From the NCBI GenBank assembly GCA_021432655.1, contig MU271377.1:58735-78734 (forward strand): a stretch of 20,000 nt of DNA, given 5' to 3'. The translations under genes were made by a program, and so were the position numbers. The notes beneath the pieces are model-generated. The model did not search any database. It saw only the letters and a list, made by a program, of their open reading frames with translations, and had not been told where the DNA came from. This DNA comes from Atractiella rhizophila (Eukaryota). Of this stretch, positions 18,776-20,000 are shown one piece after another; position 1 is the stretch's first letter, and each line of letters opens with the position of its first letter.

Positions 18776-20000
18776 ATGTCAAAGGTATCACGGTCCGCAC
18801 GATTCGGCATATTCCTACTCGCCTCAAGTGCCCTAGCTGTGCCGAGGAACTGGACAATTGATGACACCAGCCCTTTAGTATTCTACCGTGGTGTGAGTTG
18901 AACCACATACAAAGTTGTGAGAGCCTGAGGGCAGGATTGATGTAAGTTGCAATGTAGAATTGGGAACCTACCACGCAGGCCGTCCTTTACTTCAATTCTA
19001 CAAAGCATGGAGCAGGCGATTCTGGCGCGTCGGCAGAGCTGAAATTCAATGGGAGCGTGAGTCCATTTTCGGACTCACAATGTCATGGCTTATGACGGAG
19101 GGTAGGCGGTCTACTTCCTCGGAGAAAGGAGAGCATCAGATGGGGCTCTAACCTGTGCCCTGGACGGAGAAACCCCAGTAAACGTCAACGCAACGGATGA
19201 GTTGTGGCAGACGAACGTCGTTTTGTGCAGCTTCGAGGCTCTAGACGAGGGAAAAGAGCACACGTTGACGGTAACAAGTGGAGGAGGGGGTGATACGACG
19301 ATCGATGCCTTTCTGTGCGGATCCCCTTCCCAATCTTGCTTTTGTGAACTCCTTGATTCTTGCAGTGTCACTTACGACGATATGAGCGACTCTGCCCAAG
19401 GGGCAGCCGTTGATGCCTCAAATGTGCAGAGGAGGAATGTGTCCATTGACGATTCTGATCCTAGCGTCGCCTACTCCGGAGTTTGTCTCTCCCTCTGTCA
19501 TCACGCTCACGCTAATGTTCTGATCGTGCGCATAGTCCTGGACGTTAGGGGACGGACGTAATACAGACTTCTTTGGTCAGACGTTACACGTAACCAATCA
19601 ACCAGGAGCAACAGCGCAGCTCACTTTTTCTCAGTCTTCAGCTGTTTATTTTGTTGGCAGCACTGCTGCCAATCATTCCACAGGCCGATGCACGGTAGAA
19701 GATCAAACGGTTGACTTCAATTCCACGTCTGCGGATTTCGTCCTTCCTGTCTATCTCTGCAGTTTCGAGAACCTTGACCCATCCAAAGAACATACAATAA
19801 CGGTGGAGAATTTACAAGATGGGTTGACAAACTTCATCGACTATTTCCTCCTCACGATGGACTACTACCCAACTGAAGACGGCTCTTCTCATTCTTCGAA
19901 ATCAAATGCCGGTGCTATCGCTGGAGGTGTCGTTGGCGGCATTGTCGCATTGGCACTCGTTATCCTGGGCTTGTTCTTTTACCGCCGTCGCAAAGGGCAA
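18776..20000 (+). CDS. Type I membrane glycoprotein: signal peptide, two tandem beta-sandwich-like extracellular domains, transmembrane helix (3' end outside window)
   Basis: Exons 18776-18892, 18958-19056, 19106-19314, 19366-19480, 19536 to beyond 20000 join in frame. Signal-like MSKVSRSARFGIFLLASSALA. Repeated IDD.(S/D)P.V.Y.G.W ... AVYF.G ... LCSFE.LD..KEHT.TV ... ID.FL. TM AGAIAGGVVGGIVALALVILGLFFY followed by RRRK. Several N-x-S/T sites. Confidence 0.85.

Noticed and set aside
1..20000. Prokaryote-type systems (CRISPR array, operon, IS element) or a transposon
   Set aside because: Genes carry spliceosomal introns. No spaced short direct repeats, transposase or reverse transcriptase motifs, terminal repeats or target-site duplications were seen.

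Overview
Intron-rich fungal nuclear DNA, probably a basidiomycete (most introns are 47-65 nt GT-AG with CTRAY-like branch sites). In order: the 3' end of adenylosuccinate synthetase (+); an intronless F-box protein (+); gamma-glutamyl phosphate reductase PRO2 (+, 7 exons); a DUF2828-family (TROVE-like plus vWA) gene (+, 5 exons); a near-identical 2.9-kb tandem duplicate of that gene lacking the promoter and exon 1; an F-box-like/Kelch-repeat gene (-); a 13-exon Ca2+/calmodulin-dependent kinase with 8- and 13-nt microexons (-); a candidate 61-aa single-pass membrane microprotein (+); and a type I membrane protein with two tandem extracellular domains that runs off the window (+). All gene models were built by eye and family calls come from remembered motifs, not database searches. 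The most notable items are the truncated but ORF-intact DUF2828 duplicate with an in-frame intron-derived ATG, its patchy divergence, and an Arg-to-Trp change in the conserved NASTRF motif of Pro2. No transposon, tRNA, rRNA or CRISPR array was recognised, and I cannot demonstrate a new biological system from this sequence alone.
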